DNA of 64,000 nt, taken from positions 17,332,150 to 17,396,149 of the forward strand of contig NC_134026.1 in the NCBI RefSeq assembly GCF_964204645.1, written 5' to 3'. Shown here in pieces: positions 36,610 to 49,630 of the stretch. This DNA comes from Tubulanus polymorphus (taxonomy: Eukaryota > Animalia > Nemertea). A program made the position numbers and the translations under genes. Under the pieces are notes generated by a model. It saw only the letters and a list, made by a program, of their open reading frames with translations, had not been told where the DNA came from and made no database searches. Positions within the stretch are counted from its first letter, which is position 1, and each line of letters begins with the position of its first letter.

Positions 36610-37960
36610 TCAATGGATGTCATCCTCTAGACTAGATAGCAACAACCTCAAGCAATCATGATCGCTCGTAGCTAAAACTGACTTTAGAAAATATCTCACA
36701 TCATTATTGCATAGCATAATTTCAGTCAGTATATTAAGATGTTCCAACAAATTACTAATGGAGAGGGATAGATATGAAAACAAGCCACAATACCTGGAGG
36801 CATGGAACCTGGGACTTACACAAACTGGGTCGCATACTATATACTGGGGTACATAAGTCCAGAAGCCCACTCAAATCTCATGCCGACATATATCTTCATT
36901 ACTTTGAGACATGAACATTAAAATTGGAGTAGCTTCAAATCTCTTCCTCTAAGAGCCTACGAGATCAATCACTCTCAATATTTAGAATCTGAACTCGAGC
37001 ACATCAAACAATTCCTCTCTCAAATGGAATAAAGCCTGCTGATATTTTATACTTCTGTTATCTTATGTTAAAACAAAGAATCCTGGGGACCTAATAAGAT
37101 GGGGTATACATAAAATTCCCAGTGGTTAATAAGAAAAGGTTTTTATTAGAGAAACTGGCTGATCCCTCATCATATGAATAAAAGAACACAAAAGAATACA
37201 TGAATGATAAACCTGAAAGTTCAGTGTTTTATCATAGTACTTTCGAAACTGGTCATATTTTCAATTTCAATCACAGGTAATTAATTATCAGGGGCAGATC
37301 TAAGGGGGGTGAATAGGAGATTTTTATAAGGGGCTTTCTCGGGTAAATAGCCTATATTTAAGAAGATGAAATAAGAATGTTATAATAACATAGTTCTGAT
37401 TCTGAGGCGGCTAATATTATTAGCTGCCTCAGAATCAGAACTAACAGTAGCGTCGCGACTTTATTGTATGACGCCGTATGCTACGAGCAATCACCGAGAT
37501 GATATAAGTTAAGTGTATCTCAAGCCATTCCACTAGGCTGTATATGTGTCTGATAAACGGTTTCCCAATCATAACTATTTGACTTTTTTCATCTGTTTCA
37601 AAAATTTCCCAAAACAGTAACATGACAAATACTTGAGAAATGACCTGCTTCCACTAATAATCTCATCAAAATTATCAACACCTCATCCTGGCCATGGCTC
37701 AGCAGGTTGTCATAATTTTCACAGAAACCATCACACAAATGCTGTCAAATTCCACCATTTTCCCAGCGGATTTTTCAAAATTTGAGCTCACTAGTTGCAG
37801 TTTCTTCATTTTGTTTCTTGTCAGCCACGCCCCTTTGAAAAATCCTAGATCTGCCCCTGATTATATCCATGCAATGTCCTTAGAAAATGACACATTATAG
37901 AATCAGCTATTATCACAGAAAATCTGAGAACTTTCAACTCTAATATGGGTTACCCTAGGC
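36610..37960 (+). mobile_element. Heavily decayed Penelope-like element (RT + GIY-YIG), interrupted by a MITE
   Basis: SMDV (~36611), KPT..YLHYF..IKIGVASNLFL/RAYEI..YLESELEHIK (~36860-37020), GVY/KIPSG**EKVFIRETG*SL..IKEHKR (~37102-37195), IIESAII..FNSNMG (~37893-37950). Confidence 0.75.
37289..37859. mobile_element. MITE with caggggcagatcta TIRs
   Basis: caggggcagatcta / tagatctgcccctg; attat on both flanks; related lone end at ~33948. Confidence 0.75.
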
Positions 37961-38612
37961 CCATAACTAAGTCTTATTTCCATACATATTATCTGGAATA
38001 AACATACTGTTAAATAATCGTTGTCTATGTACCTATTTCGTCTTATCTTAGAAATTGTCTCATAAGCGGCTTTCACTTGGGACTTTTGGCTCACAAAGTA
38101 TCATACTTGTCCGTTGCCAAATTTGCTTGAATACCACACTTTCAGGGTGTTTGCACATGATTCGGCACTTAGTGAGACAGCTTTAAAGTAATCTGATATT
38201 GAGAATGATATCAAGATGGTGCTTCCAAGCTATCATCATTGGTGTTGTATATATTCTAAACCCATTCTGAACCAAATCTCCTGCCTTGCGAACAGTAGTT
38301 TGACCTTTGGTGTACAACTAACTATCTAATGTCAGCAAAATACATTCATCATCATATAGGCCTATTGTTGATAGTTATGGTCTAACAATGTTAATACACA
38401 TTTTCGTTCTTTTTAGTAGCTTCTTATGCTAAAAACAATTGAAAAATCGGCAATGTACGTGAATAAATTACTCCAATCATCCTGGTTGAGTGAAGCGTAC
38501 ATAGTAAGCGGCTTGCTAAGCGCCAAATCTGCGTTCAACCTATAGAAAATATACGGCCAGCTCAATACCGTACTGACATGGGCTTTCGGTGAGGAACGAT
38601 TGTATTAATTTC

Positions 38613-38658
38613 ATTTCACTGATAATAGGGCTTAGTTAAAACCTCGAAACGTTAGAAA
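38613..38658 (+). ncRNA. Degenerate minimal hammerhead-like motif (Penelope pLTR type)
   Basis: tttca CTGATAA t agg..cct c GAAACGTTA gaaa; core G8 is replaced by A. Confidence 0.4.
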
Positions 38659-39299
38659 AACAATCATCATCATTGTGGGTTCACTTATCAACTGATTGCA
38701 CCAGCCTAACAGTCATACATTCGGGAGAGCATCATATTTCAGGCTATAGGCATTTAAAATTGCGTTTGGTAGCAATTGTCGGAACTATTCGTACTAGTAC
38801 TCATGAAAACACTCAGTTTGGATTAGTGTTTTTGTGAGATAGAATAAGAAGGCAGAAATATCTTCTAAGAGTAATTCGTTAAAAAAATTGGTAAATAGGA
38901 GACAATTTTTTCTCAAAATATTGCCACTTTTTAATTAGATTTGTTCATTCTAACAAGCCTGAAGCTCCATCTCTCGTCTTAAAATTATACAAATTGCAAA
39001 GATACATATAATATGTGTTGTATTTTTCAATAAACACAGACAGTGGTCGGCAGGAACAAACACTTCAGATCAATTTGCTTTTTCCCAATGAATTACGCTG
39101 AACAGATTAAATTGACCTTTTTGGCTGAATGAGATTTATGTGCAATGCCTCGACAACTAAAAAATAATAATAATGGATTGTCAACCTAATGAACATAAAT
39201 CCCCAATGATATGGCAAATGACTCAATACCTGAAACTGTTTACAATATTCAGTAAAAGATATCACAAACTATTAAAAAAAAGTTGATGGATGATATCAA

Positions 39300-39923
39300 A
39301 TACATATATCAAATGCAAAATTGGTCAAAAATTCAGAGGAAATATCCAATTAAGGAAATTAAATATATGGTGAGTAGATTTCGGTATAACTACAAAACAT
39401 TATGTGCAGACATTACACACTGTAAACTGTCCATGGCCCTCTGCAACTTTATCATGTCCATGAGACCTTCTGCAACTTTAGGTGATAATCCCTATGTAAC
39501 TTTCAGTGAAAAGCTTTCTGGAACTTTCTCATCAAAAACTTTATCCTCCTATAGAGGACAGCACTTCCTGAAAATGTCCAAAGTCCATAGAGATCTGTCC
39601 ATGCATTTTTGTCCAAGGGATTGTGCAACTTTCTGTGGAATCATTAATGTAATACAATTATTTTGACAGCGGAAAAGAATTTTTGGATAATTTTTTTGTC
39701 ATTATGTCTTATTAATATGTTTTACAAGATACTATATCAACATTCTGGTGAAAATCAAAAACTTTATAACATAAAAACATCTTTCAAAACATACATTGTT
39801 TATAAAGTTGCACAAGGTATTAAAGTTACACAAGGGTTCATTCGTACAAACGGTATGACGGACGACGGACGAAAAGTGAACACAATAGCCCGCTTGGGAC
39901 TAAAGTCCCAAGTGGGCTAAAAA
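39300..39923 (+). mobile_element. HINE-like element 3' part (5' limit uncertain)
   Basis: gacggacgacggacgaaaagtgaa..agcccgcttgggactaaagtcccaagtgggctaaaaa, the same terminus as family B. Confidence 0.7.
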
Positions 39924-40304
39924 CACATCAGCTATATAGAAAACATTTGACGGACTTCATCTTTCGTTTTATCAGTGTGGGATTCTCTACCCATAGGGTT
40001 AGTAAGTCGGGTCATACTAAACACCGTCAGACACCGTCAGGAACCGTCAGACACCGTCATGAACTCCCGGGTTATACTAAACACCGTCAGGAAATAAAAA
40101 ACAATGATTGTGAATTCTAAAATTGAATATTTGAATATTGAATATTTTATATTAAAATCAACACTAAATGAGCCCTACTGTGCAAATTGAATTTGGAAAT
40201 AAATTTTTTTATATAACATGAGTTTTCCTTGGTAAACTCAACAATACGCTGTGTAAATTGAGCAAATTTTGTGAAATAAATCTTCTCGTAATATATCTCA
40301 CATA

Positions 40305-41288
40305 TTAAGAATATCGACACAGAAACCGCCAATTATGTTGGGCCCAATGTTACTTCATTGGGACGGTGAGTGTTCTAGTTATCAAAGATTTTTCAGTCAT
40401 CTGCGAACCAAAATAGATGGTAGCTTCGATACAGAAATAGGGACAAAAGAACTTGTATTCGGGTCAGATGAAGAAAAAGCTATTCTCAAGGCAATCAAGC
40501 AATCGTTTCCCGAATCAACACAATCACTGTGCTACCGACACCTAGAACAAAATGTAAAACGACATTTACGCCACAAAGTCGGTGCAAATGATAAAATTTC
40601 AAATGAAATTGTATCTTGTATATTCGGAAACTCCAGGTTATTACAAAAAAGTGACGAATACGAATACAATCACTGCGTCTTCGAGTTGGAATCGAAATTT
40701 AAAACAATTGTGCCACTGTTCATGCCTTATTTCAAGAAGCTCGTCATACGTCTCAAACAATATGTTTTCGTTCCTACGCAGATAGAGAAACGTGTTCCTT
40801 TAAACTGGACTAATAATAATTGCGAAAGTATGAACAATCTCATAAAACTATCGACGAATTGGAAAATTTTGAAAATTCCTGATCTCATTGAGCGCCTGAA
40901 GAGTATAGTAGATCTGCAGTATGCAGATATTCGCCGAGCCTTACACGGTCAAGGAAACTACCAAGTTTCGCCTCGTTTGAGCAAACACGTCGTTTCGCAC
41001 GTAGTATGGTGTAAAATATCAAAGGAAGAAAAGGATGCGATCACGAATACATTTTTCAGTGCAAAATCAAAAACAAAATCGATCGAAAAAGTTATCAAGT
41101 CCAGTGACGGAAAATTGAATATCCCGAAAACCGCAAAAGTAGCGAAGAAACCAGGGCAATTAAAGCGTTCAAGAGCGACGAGATCATTTACAATAAAAAC
41201 TAGGGGTCCAGGGACACCATGCCCACGTGGGAAGTGGTTTCAAATGCTCAACAATCTAACAATTTCAACATTCAACGCCCCCTGGTGA
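40305..41288 (+). pseudogene. MULE transposase, N-terminally truncated, C-terminus extended into an inserted HINE
   Basis: PPIMLGP, FGSDEEKAILKAIKQSFP..LCYRHLEQN, WTNNNCESMNNLIK; region of the first catalytic Asp is absent. Confidence 0.88.
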
Positions 41289-42470
41289 CCATTTACAAAA
41301 ACCAATGACCTTGAAACTCACCACAATCATAGAACATGTCAGCAGCTACGATTTTGTAATTGATTGTGATAACAAAATATGCCTCGTTACCAATTTAATA
41401 TGGAAATACTAAGTCATTCTACTATTCAATGCCCCCTGGTGACCATATTCAAAACCCAATGACCTCGAAACTCACCACAATCATAGAACATGTCATGACC
41501 TACAACTTTGCAATTGATCATGGTAACAAAATATGCCTAGGTACCAATATAATAAGGAAATACTAATTTATTCTACTATTCAACGCCCCCTGGTGACCAT
41601 ATAGAAAAACTTATGTCCTTAAAACTCGCAACAATCATAGATGATGTCATGAGCTACAACTTTCCAATTGATTGTGGTTACAAAATATGCATAGGTACGA
41701 ATATAATAAAGAAATGCTAAGATATTGTATTATTCAACGCCCCCTGGTGGCCATATACGAAATCCAATTACCTTGAAACTCACCACAATCATAGAACACG
41801 TTATGAGCTACAACTTTCTAATTGATTGTGGTAGCAAAATACGCTTAGGTATCAATATAATGTGGAAAAACTTTTTCCCACTTACGAATGAGTACTGGTG
41901 ACACCAAGATGGCTACCAATTGCGTCATAATTGGATGATGAAAAATACCTGTCTCAGGTATAAAACATCCCTTTCCAAAGAATACCCATCACAAAATGTA
42001 ATGAGAAATGGCAAACCAGTAGGAAGCTACAGGACTCAGAATTCGGGCCAAAATTAACATTTTTGGGCACTAAAAAGGTCATAGGACGGCCATCTTGAGT
42101 CCGACCGACCCATTTTTTGTTACGTTGATGGGCCCTGGGGGGATTCATATATATCCGAAAGCTCAAGGTAATTGATCAAAGCGTCTTCAAAATTTCCCTC
42201 AAAAAGTTCAAAAATGTGTAAAAAGTGCTGATTTTGGCGAAAAACAATGGCTGCCAGTCGGCCATCTTGATTCTGACAGGGCCAGTTTTTGGGCTGAAGA
42301 TGTGTCTAGGGTAGATACATGTGTAACACAAATATCAAGACATTACCTTGAAGCGTCTTCAAAACTTCCCAAAATAACTAGATTCCGTCTACGGACGGAC
42401 GAACGCACGGACGACGGACGAAAAGTGAATGCAATAGCCCGCTGGGACTAAAGTCCCAAGTGGGCTAAAA
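41197..42470 (+). mobile_element. Apparently full-length HINE/pearl-like element, family B
   Basis: 5' aactaggggtccagggacaccatgccc; 154-bp units at 41273, 41427, 41581, 41735; (gacg)n; terminal hairpin agcccgctgggact-aa-agtcccaagtgggct; inserted in an A-run with no TSD. Confidence 0.88.
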
Positions 42471-43719
42471 ACATAACTTGACACATACATTCTTATTGTC
42501 ATATCAATTTTCATGGATATTTGTATCAACTAGTATATATAAATTTAATTTTCTAGTTAATTTTTCATTTGTTTATTTTGTATAAAATGTTATATTTGTA
42601 TCAATGTATAATTATTCTAAAATAAGATCGATTACTTTGCCTCGATTTCAATGTACTTTACAGTTCGAAAAAAGTTGAATAAATTGCGTTTCCTATTCAT
42701 GTAAATATAAATTTTGTCAGTCATTTACCTTGTATAAATTTTTCAGTTTCTTTTTTTCATTAGATTATTTTGCCTTTTAAAAGTTGAATAAATGGGCCGG
42801 AATAAATTGTTTACCAGGGATTGCGTTTCCTATTCATGTAAATATCAATTTTGTCAGTCATTTACCCTGTGTACCCGGTAGTGTATGTGTATATTGTTAT
42901 TTTTAATTTTGCCTTTATTTTAATTTCGGCGTACTCTTAATGTATAAGCTTGAGTTGATTTCTCAAATTGTGAATAAACAACATTTTAGTATTTTCAAGA
43001 GTCGTTTCAAATTTGCTTTCCTTTTCTGCCTTCAAGATTTACTCTTCATGACGGTGTCTGACGGCTCCTGGCGGTGTCTGACGGTTTCTGGCGGTTCCTG
43101 ACGGTGTCTGACGGCTCCTGACGGTGTTTAGTATGACCGAGTAAGTCTTCTAGACTGAACCAATTACCGCCAGCAGCAAGGCAGCACAAAAAATGTTTTA
43201 TCTAACCGTCAATCATTACGTTGTATCTAGTTTTAAAAGTCGGATTGGATCGTCCTTCTATCTCAATAGCAAATTCATATTTTGCATTTATTTAGCTTGA
43301 TCAAACCATAGATTCTAAAACGAATGATTAAATAGGCTAATATGTCCGTATTTCAACTGACAAAATAGGCTTTGGATATTTCAAACATGATATGTGCAAA
43401 AAATCGCTAAGATAAATCGTGAACTCTAACCAACTGTAATCATATAGTCACCTGCACTACTGTAGGCAAGCACACTTTACACTGAACAGCTGGATGCTCA
43501 TAACACCAACTGTTTATTTTGATAAGCGCGCGTAGTAACATCACGCAGAGCATCCAAACTTAAAAGGTCCAAAACTATATCTGAAATTTATCTTAGGCCC
43601 ATCAGCGAAAATCTGATCCTGTAAGACATACACACGACCAATATATTTTATTTGGTACCAAAAACTTGTTCATGCATAGCGCACAGACCGCACCAACCCG
43701 TGACAAAGTTTCGCCATTT

Positions 43720-44440
43720 GTCTCTTATAGTTAGTATAGGTTCTAACTATGATCACATCAATGCACAGACATCTGCTTTACATCAACTTATAGAATAGAC
43801 TATTCACGTTAACATATTCAATTTTCAGGAAGCTTCAGGTTTTAGTATCAGAAAAATTTAATTTTGAATTAAATTTTTAATATCGCGCAATGATGTATTC
43901 GTGTATTGAAATGACGTGTATTCTAACTATGAACAAATCAATGCACAGATATCTGCTATATGTCGACTTGAAGAATAGTCTCCTTATTAATAAACTTAAA
44001 TTTCAAGAAGCCGCAGGCATTGCGCTAAGCAAAACGTAAAATTCGCGTATGCATAGTTATAAGATCGTACGGATTAACGAAACAACTGCGATATTCAGAA
44101 AATATAGAATGTTGTGCGCATTTGAAGCCCTCGTTCATCAAAATCGGTGAATATTTCGCGTCGAACTCAACGTTTGAAATTTCGAAATCGACGAAAACCG
44201 ACATCATAGCATTTTCGGTCCAGGTGATTTCTGCCCTAATTGCGCGTTCGAAGACATATAATTCACGAACTATTCATTGGAAGTTAACGGGATTAGTTTT
44301 GTTACAAGCAGGGAGCTATTGGCTATCATATCATGCCTGGATTACCAAAATCGGATGAGAAATAACGAAATACTAAGCAACTGAAGTTGAGTAGTTTGTG
44401 AGCGTCGTTAGCCCCCTTGTTATTTTATATATACTATATA
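43720..44440 (-). repeat. Helitron-like repeat with a 180-bp internal duplication
   Basis: Minus start tatatataaaataacaagggggctaac resembles tatatataaaaagacaagggagccaac (minus, ~20526); ttctaactatga..atcaatgcacaga at 43741 and 43921. Confidence 0.4.
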
Positions 44441-44597
44441 CATCGGATTAACAGATTATCGTTTTTACATTACCTACAACTCTGATACGAGCCCCTGTGA
44501 TCACGATTGATAGAACACTATATCCGTGTTGACGCGATGTAGAGAGAATCCCACAATTATAACGAAAAAGTCCGAAAATGAAACTTTGAGATAGTAG

Positions 44598-44940
44598 TTT
44601 ATTTCAACGTTTCGACTATATCCTAATAGTCATCTTAACCCTTTCAGTGCTGACTAATTAATACCCTATAGTGCTGGAGAAAATTCGAAAATTCTAAAAA
44701 ATTCCACCCTAGTGTGTTGAACAATGGGAATACCACTATAGTGCGTCTACACCGCAGTGCGGTGTACCGTTAGTTACTAATATTTCACTATGTTTGACAC
44801 TTGCTGCCATTTTTCAATAGAGATAATTACAAATTACTAATTACATCAATACACCGCTGTGCGGTGTACTAGCAAAATCCATCACTGATTTATACACCGC
44901 ACTGCGGTGTAGACGCACTGAAAGGGTTAAGGAATCAATT
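44598..44940 (-). ncRNA. Penelope-type hammerhead-like motif split by the piggyBac-like MITE
   Basis: With the MITE removed, minus strand reads c CTTAAGA t gactat-taggat-atagtc GAAACGTT gaaat. Confidence 0.4.
44639..44926. mobile_element. piggyBac-like MITE
   Basis: ccctttcagtgc / gcactgaaaggg TIRs, TTAA at 44635-44638 and 44927-44930; three internal acaccgc.gtgcggtgt-type palindromes. Confidence 0.92.
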
Positions 44941-45033
44941 CCCTGTGATTTTATATAGAGTGTCACGACCGTCTGATAATAATGATCCTTAACGACCAAT
45001 TTTTATCGGTACTTTATAGCGGATAAAAAAACA

Positions 45034-46964
45034 AGGCGCTATTGCACTTTCGTACCCCCCTCCCAAAAATTTTTATTTCTGTATATTATTAATCAGGGAG
45101 GTCTGTAGAGTCAAAATAAATTACTTTTGACCAAAAATAATAATTTTTTCCAAGCCAAAATTCTGATAATTTGGGGCCGATTTCTCCGATTCAAACCGAC
45201 GGGTCGGCCATGTTTCCGCACTAATTACCCCCTAAAAACATCTGAATAAATATATCTCAATAAATTTAATTGAATTGACAAAATTTCGTTTTTGGGCATA
45301 TAACTTTTCTTCATCAGAACATCTTTAAATCAATAGCTAAGTTAGTCAGTAACCTGTCTGTGGTTTAGTTTCACGATCGGATATTTTCACAAACCACAGT
45401 CAGGAATGGGAAGGTCATTTTTCAATGAAATCTTCGTCAGCCAATTTGACTGACGAGTAATTTGCCTGGCATTTCATTGTCTCTTAAGATATCCGTCTAA
45501 TTTTTGCTGTAATCGACGCACAACAGATTTGTAGTTTGTCTGATACCTACAACACCTCACCTGACGATCTTAATCCATGTGCAAATCGGCCGTAAAGTGA
45601 GAGTAAATTTCCGTCCAGTCAACAGCTGCCATTTTGGAAACTACTGGAGGTGCTGGCACCTGTGGACTGAGGCCAGGACAACAGCACAAACTCACGAAGC
45701 GAAACGACGAAATTGAAAAAAATTAAGAAATCAACACTTATTCACATTTTTCTCTTACCAGAATTTATTATTTCATTATTTATTATAGAAAACACAAAGA
45801 TTTGAAATATAAGTTGGAACACCATCAAAAATAAAAATTGTCGTTTCGTCTGGAAAGTTTTATATAAATCCTTGTAGGTCCCCTTGTCTTATCATGTCAC
45901 ATGTGCAATACAGAGAAAAGGCGGCCAATGGCGAAATTTGTGGAGAAATTAATTAATTTCTCAAAATAATGATGATTAATCACTCGAAACATACATAAAA
46001 TTGGATTATTTCGAAAGGTACCTGTGTTAGTTTGTGAATTAAGCCATTAATTGTGGACTGAAGTGAATAGAAAGTATATTTTTGAAGTGTTACTTTTTTC
46101 AACCGTGTTTTGGTCCTTGTCATCCCTAACGTTGGTATAAGCCTAGTTAGTTACCTAATCGTTGGTGGTAAGCTTTTTATAATCGGATGGGCTTATACCA
46201 ACGTTAGGGATGACAAGGGCCAAAACACGGTTGAAAAAAGTTGTGCTGTTGTCCTGGCCTCAGTCCACAGGTGCCAGCACCTCCAGTAATTTTCAAAATG
46301 GCAGCTGTTGACTCGACGGAAATTTACTCTCACTTTACGGCCGATTTGCACATGGATTAAGATCGTCAGGTGAGGTGTTATAGGTATCAGACAAACTAGG
46401 AATCTGTTGTGCGTCGATTACAACAAAAATTAGACGGATATCTTAAGAGACAATGAAACGCCAGGCAAATTACTCGTCAGTCAAATTGGCTGACGAAGAT
46501 TTCATACTAAAATGACCTTCCCATTCCTGACTGTGGTTTGTGAAAATATCCGATCGTGAAACTAAACCACAGACAGGTTACTGACTAGTATTAGCCCATC
46601 CGATTATAAAAAGCTTACCACCAACGATTAGGTAACTAACTATAGCTAAGTATGAAAATAATGCAAACATACGCGTCATTTTCAGAGATGGTTATGTTTG
46701 AAAACATGGTTTTTGCAAAGTTTTAATGTCATGACATTTCCGTGGAGGGTTAGAAACTTTGACTGACATCCAATATGGCGTTGTTGACGTCACGAATCGG
46801 CGAATTTACACGCGATTTAGGGCCCAAAATAACATGATTGTAACCCAGAAAAACTAAGTTTTTTGGGCCAAAAGTTACTGATTTTGAATCCTTAGACCTC
46901 CCTGATAATAAATATGCTGAAATAAAAATTTTTGGGAGGGGGGTACGAAAGTGCAATAGCACCT
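45034..46964. mobile_element. Non-autonomous TIR element (~100-bp TIRs) with internal inverted duplications
   Basis: agg(c/t)gctattgcactttcgtacccccctcccaaaaatttttatttc at both ends; aaaca on both flanks. Confidence 0.88.
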
Positions 46965-47309
46965 AAACAATATAAACACAAGGTATTTCCGTGATATTTT
47001 GAATTTTTCGCAGTTCATATTTAGCGCCATTCTCGCGAGATTATCAACAACCCGGAAATAGAGTCCAAGCCAATCGCCAAACCCCTGTGGTTTTGACCAA
47101 CAAATGCGAGGACGTTTTGACAAGAAGAGGTTTTGACCCAACACCCATAGAGCCTATTACTTACACAAGTAGGGTCCAAGTCAGTTGGCGTCACTTGGGA
47201 TTAGGCCATAATAAACAAGTTGAAAGCATATGTTTCGTTCATCGCCAGTTTCGTTACTTCGACGATCAACAACTCACGTCAGACTGGTTGCCGGTATCTA
47301 CTGCAATAT

Positions 47310-47488
47310 TAGACTGGTTGCCGGTCCCTACCTTCGGTTAGACTGTGAATGCAGGTGGCAAAGAATATTACAGGCGATCAGAGTACCGTAATATGCGCAT
47401 AAATTGCTACTAGACTGGTCCGCCTGTCCAAATCTGCACCACCTGCCATTCGCAGTCTAACTGAAGGTAGAGTTCGGCAACCAGTATA
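47310..47488. mobile_element. Small MITE with TAG-type termini (Academ-like?)
   Basis: tagactggttgccg..ctaccttcggttagactgtgaatg / cattcgcagtctaactgaaggtag..cggcaaccagtata. Confidence 0.65.
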
Positions 47489-49414
47489 AGATTGCTATCG
47501 AGATTCATAGACGGACGCCGGGCGCTCAGGCGCCCGGAGGACGTCCCTTTGGTTAACGCGTATATGTGGATACTACGAAGTGTCTTTTTAACCGAATCTG
47601 ACTTACTGACAAAGTCAGAAAAAAGTGACGTCAGAGTACGTCCGGTTTGAAGTTCATGGGGAAATCGGAAGTAGAATTACGTCACGCTAAAATCCGGCAG
47701 CCCATTAACTAAAATAAGGCAATTTATGGATCGGGTTATTTCAGAATTTATTTATTTCATGAAATTTCGTACAAGATTTGGTCGATGAAAAGTTTAACAA
47801 TGAACCGCGTTGATCGAACGAGTTCGAAAATAGCTGAAATTCTCTAGCAACCGGAGCGAATTCATAATAAACAAACCACCGCGCCGGCGCCCGCCGGTTC
47901 AGCCATCGCACTAGGTTCGAATCCCGGAGAATTACGCTCTCGCGCGCGCGTGCGACAGTCAACCCCAGCCGCAGCGCTGAAATATGTAATCATTTATCAA
48001 ATTTAATGACCCTACAACTGCGATGAGTCGCGTTGTCGTACGATTTGCTTAAAATGTCACGGCGGCGGATCGGCACGGTCTCGCTCCGAGGAGCAGCGAC
48101 ATCGCGGTCGGCAAAAACATTAGTCTCCGCCCCTTCTTTCACCGAATAAGGAATTCGGTACCGCTGGCCATAGATTCCCGGTACTCGACATTCCCCGAGA
48201 AATAGAAACAAATAAATATTTTTCGCGAGATATCAATTTTTGTATTGACATTTGAATTTTACTGCTGATAATTTATATGATTTTTTTTTCTGGCAGAAAA
48301 AAATTATGCGATTGAAGGTGTCTTTCATTTTTTCTCGTCTTCCTTTACTTTTCAAATGGAGCTAATTTCTAAATTTACACCAGGTCAAATTGTTCGATCT
48401 TGCAAAGCGTGTCAGTTTCACCATAATGTCGGTTTTTACATTTCGGGTTTTACAAAGTTGTTTAAACCATAAAAAAATCCTGATACAATCTAAATCGAAA
48501 TAGTAATCTTTTTAGCAGTGGTAAACCGACCTACCCCTGGTAGCCAAAGACCAGTTTATATTTAGTTCAGAAATTGGTCAAGTTTTGTTCATAGAAAATT
48601 GAATTTCATTTTATCTACAGATCAAATGAACAGGTTCGTCATAATTTTCCTAATCGAAATATAAACCAAAATTTTTAATAACCAGAAATTAATCGAACCT
48701 TAAAGTTGAAGTTTCATCTTCTTTCCCCCACCACTTAACTATATTGCATTAGTTTTCATTTTTCCAAGCTTAACTATAAGAATTGATTTAATTTCTTCGA
48801 TAATTTAATGCTCGGGGTCCAAATCTACAGAACAATTTCAATATCGAAATAAAATTGATAGACTTTAAGAGTTAGTAAGAGTTTCTTTCCAGTTTCATTG
48901 ACAACAATTAATTTTCTCGGTGTTCCTTAAGTCACTGACACTATTTTGAGTGTTTTTTGTTACACTCCATACGTGATCGAGGTTGCTTCGAATCGTTATG
49001 ATTTCTTAATCTTAGTATTAAAAATTCAATGAAGCTGCAGTGACGAAGCGTCCGTCACTTAGATTTCATCTACTACATATTAAACAATGAACCCTACCCT
49101 TACCGTTGACCCTCTTGATACCCTTCTGATCTTCAGACCTAGTTTCATCGGTTCAAAAAGCCGCCATTTTGTGTACGAGTCGGTTAGAGGATCTAACATT
49201 TACCCCTTTGAAGCATTCCTTTTGGGATTTGGCGAATAATCGTTTAGCGAAAAATCATAAAACATTTCAATGGATATCGTTTACTTAACATGTACTTAGT
49301 GTTTAAATAAAGGTAGATTTATTGGTAAATGATATTTGTCTTCCTTGCAACATTCTTATATTCTAGTGCTCCCGTTTTAAGAAGTTGCAAAAACCCCTAA
49401 TTGAACGCTAAAAA

Positions 49415-49630
49415 GTATGGTGGCTGATTCGGGCCCTAGAAAACTTTTCTGCACGGCTAGAGCAACGATTAAAACATTTTCACATTGGCCCGTTTTTTGG
49501 GTTTTCTCGCGCGAGAATTCAAAACTTTTGGTTTTCTCGCACGAGAATTCAAAAAGTTTGGTTTTCTCGCACGAGAATTCAAAAAGTTTGGTTTTCTCGC
49601 GCGAGAAAACAAAAAAATGGGCCATTGTAA
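49415..49630. repeat. MITE-like remnant with 30-bp tandem repeat
   Basis: ggttttctcgc(a/g)cgagaattcaaaa..tt x4 at 49500-49610; terminus shared with 34976-34992. Confidence 0.75.

Larger units (their letters stand above)
40009..43139 (+). mobile_element. Mutator-like element (MULE), internally deleted
   Basis: TIR ggtcatactaaacaccgtcag with 10-bp subterminal repeats (acaccgtcag) at both ends; TSD agtaagtc at 40001-40008 and 43140-43147. Confidence 0.93.
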
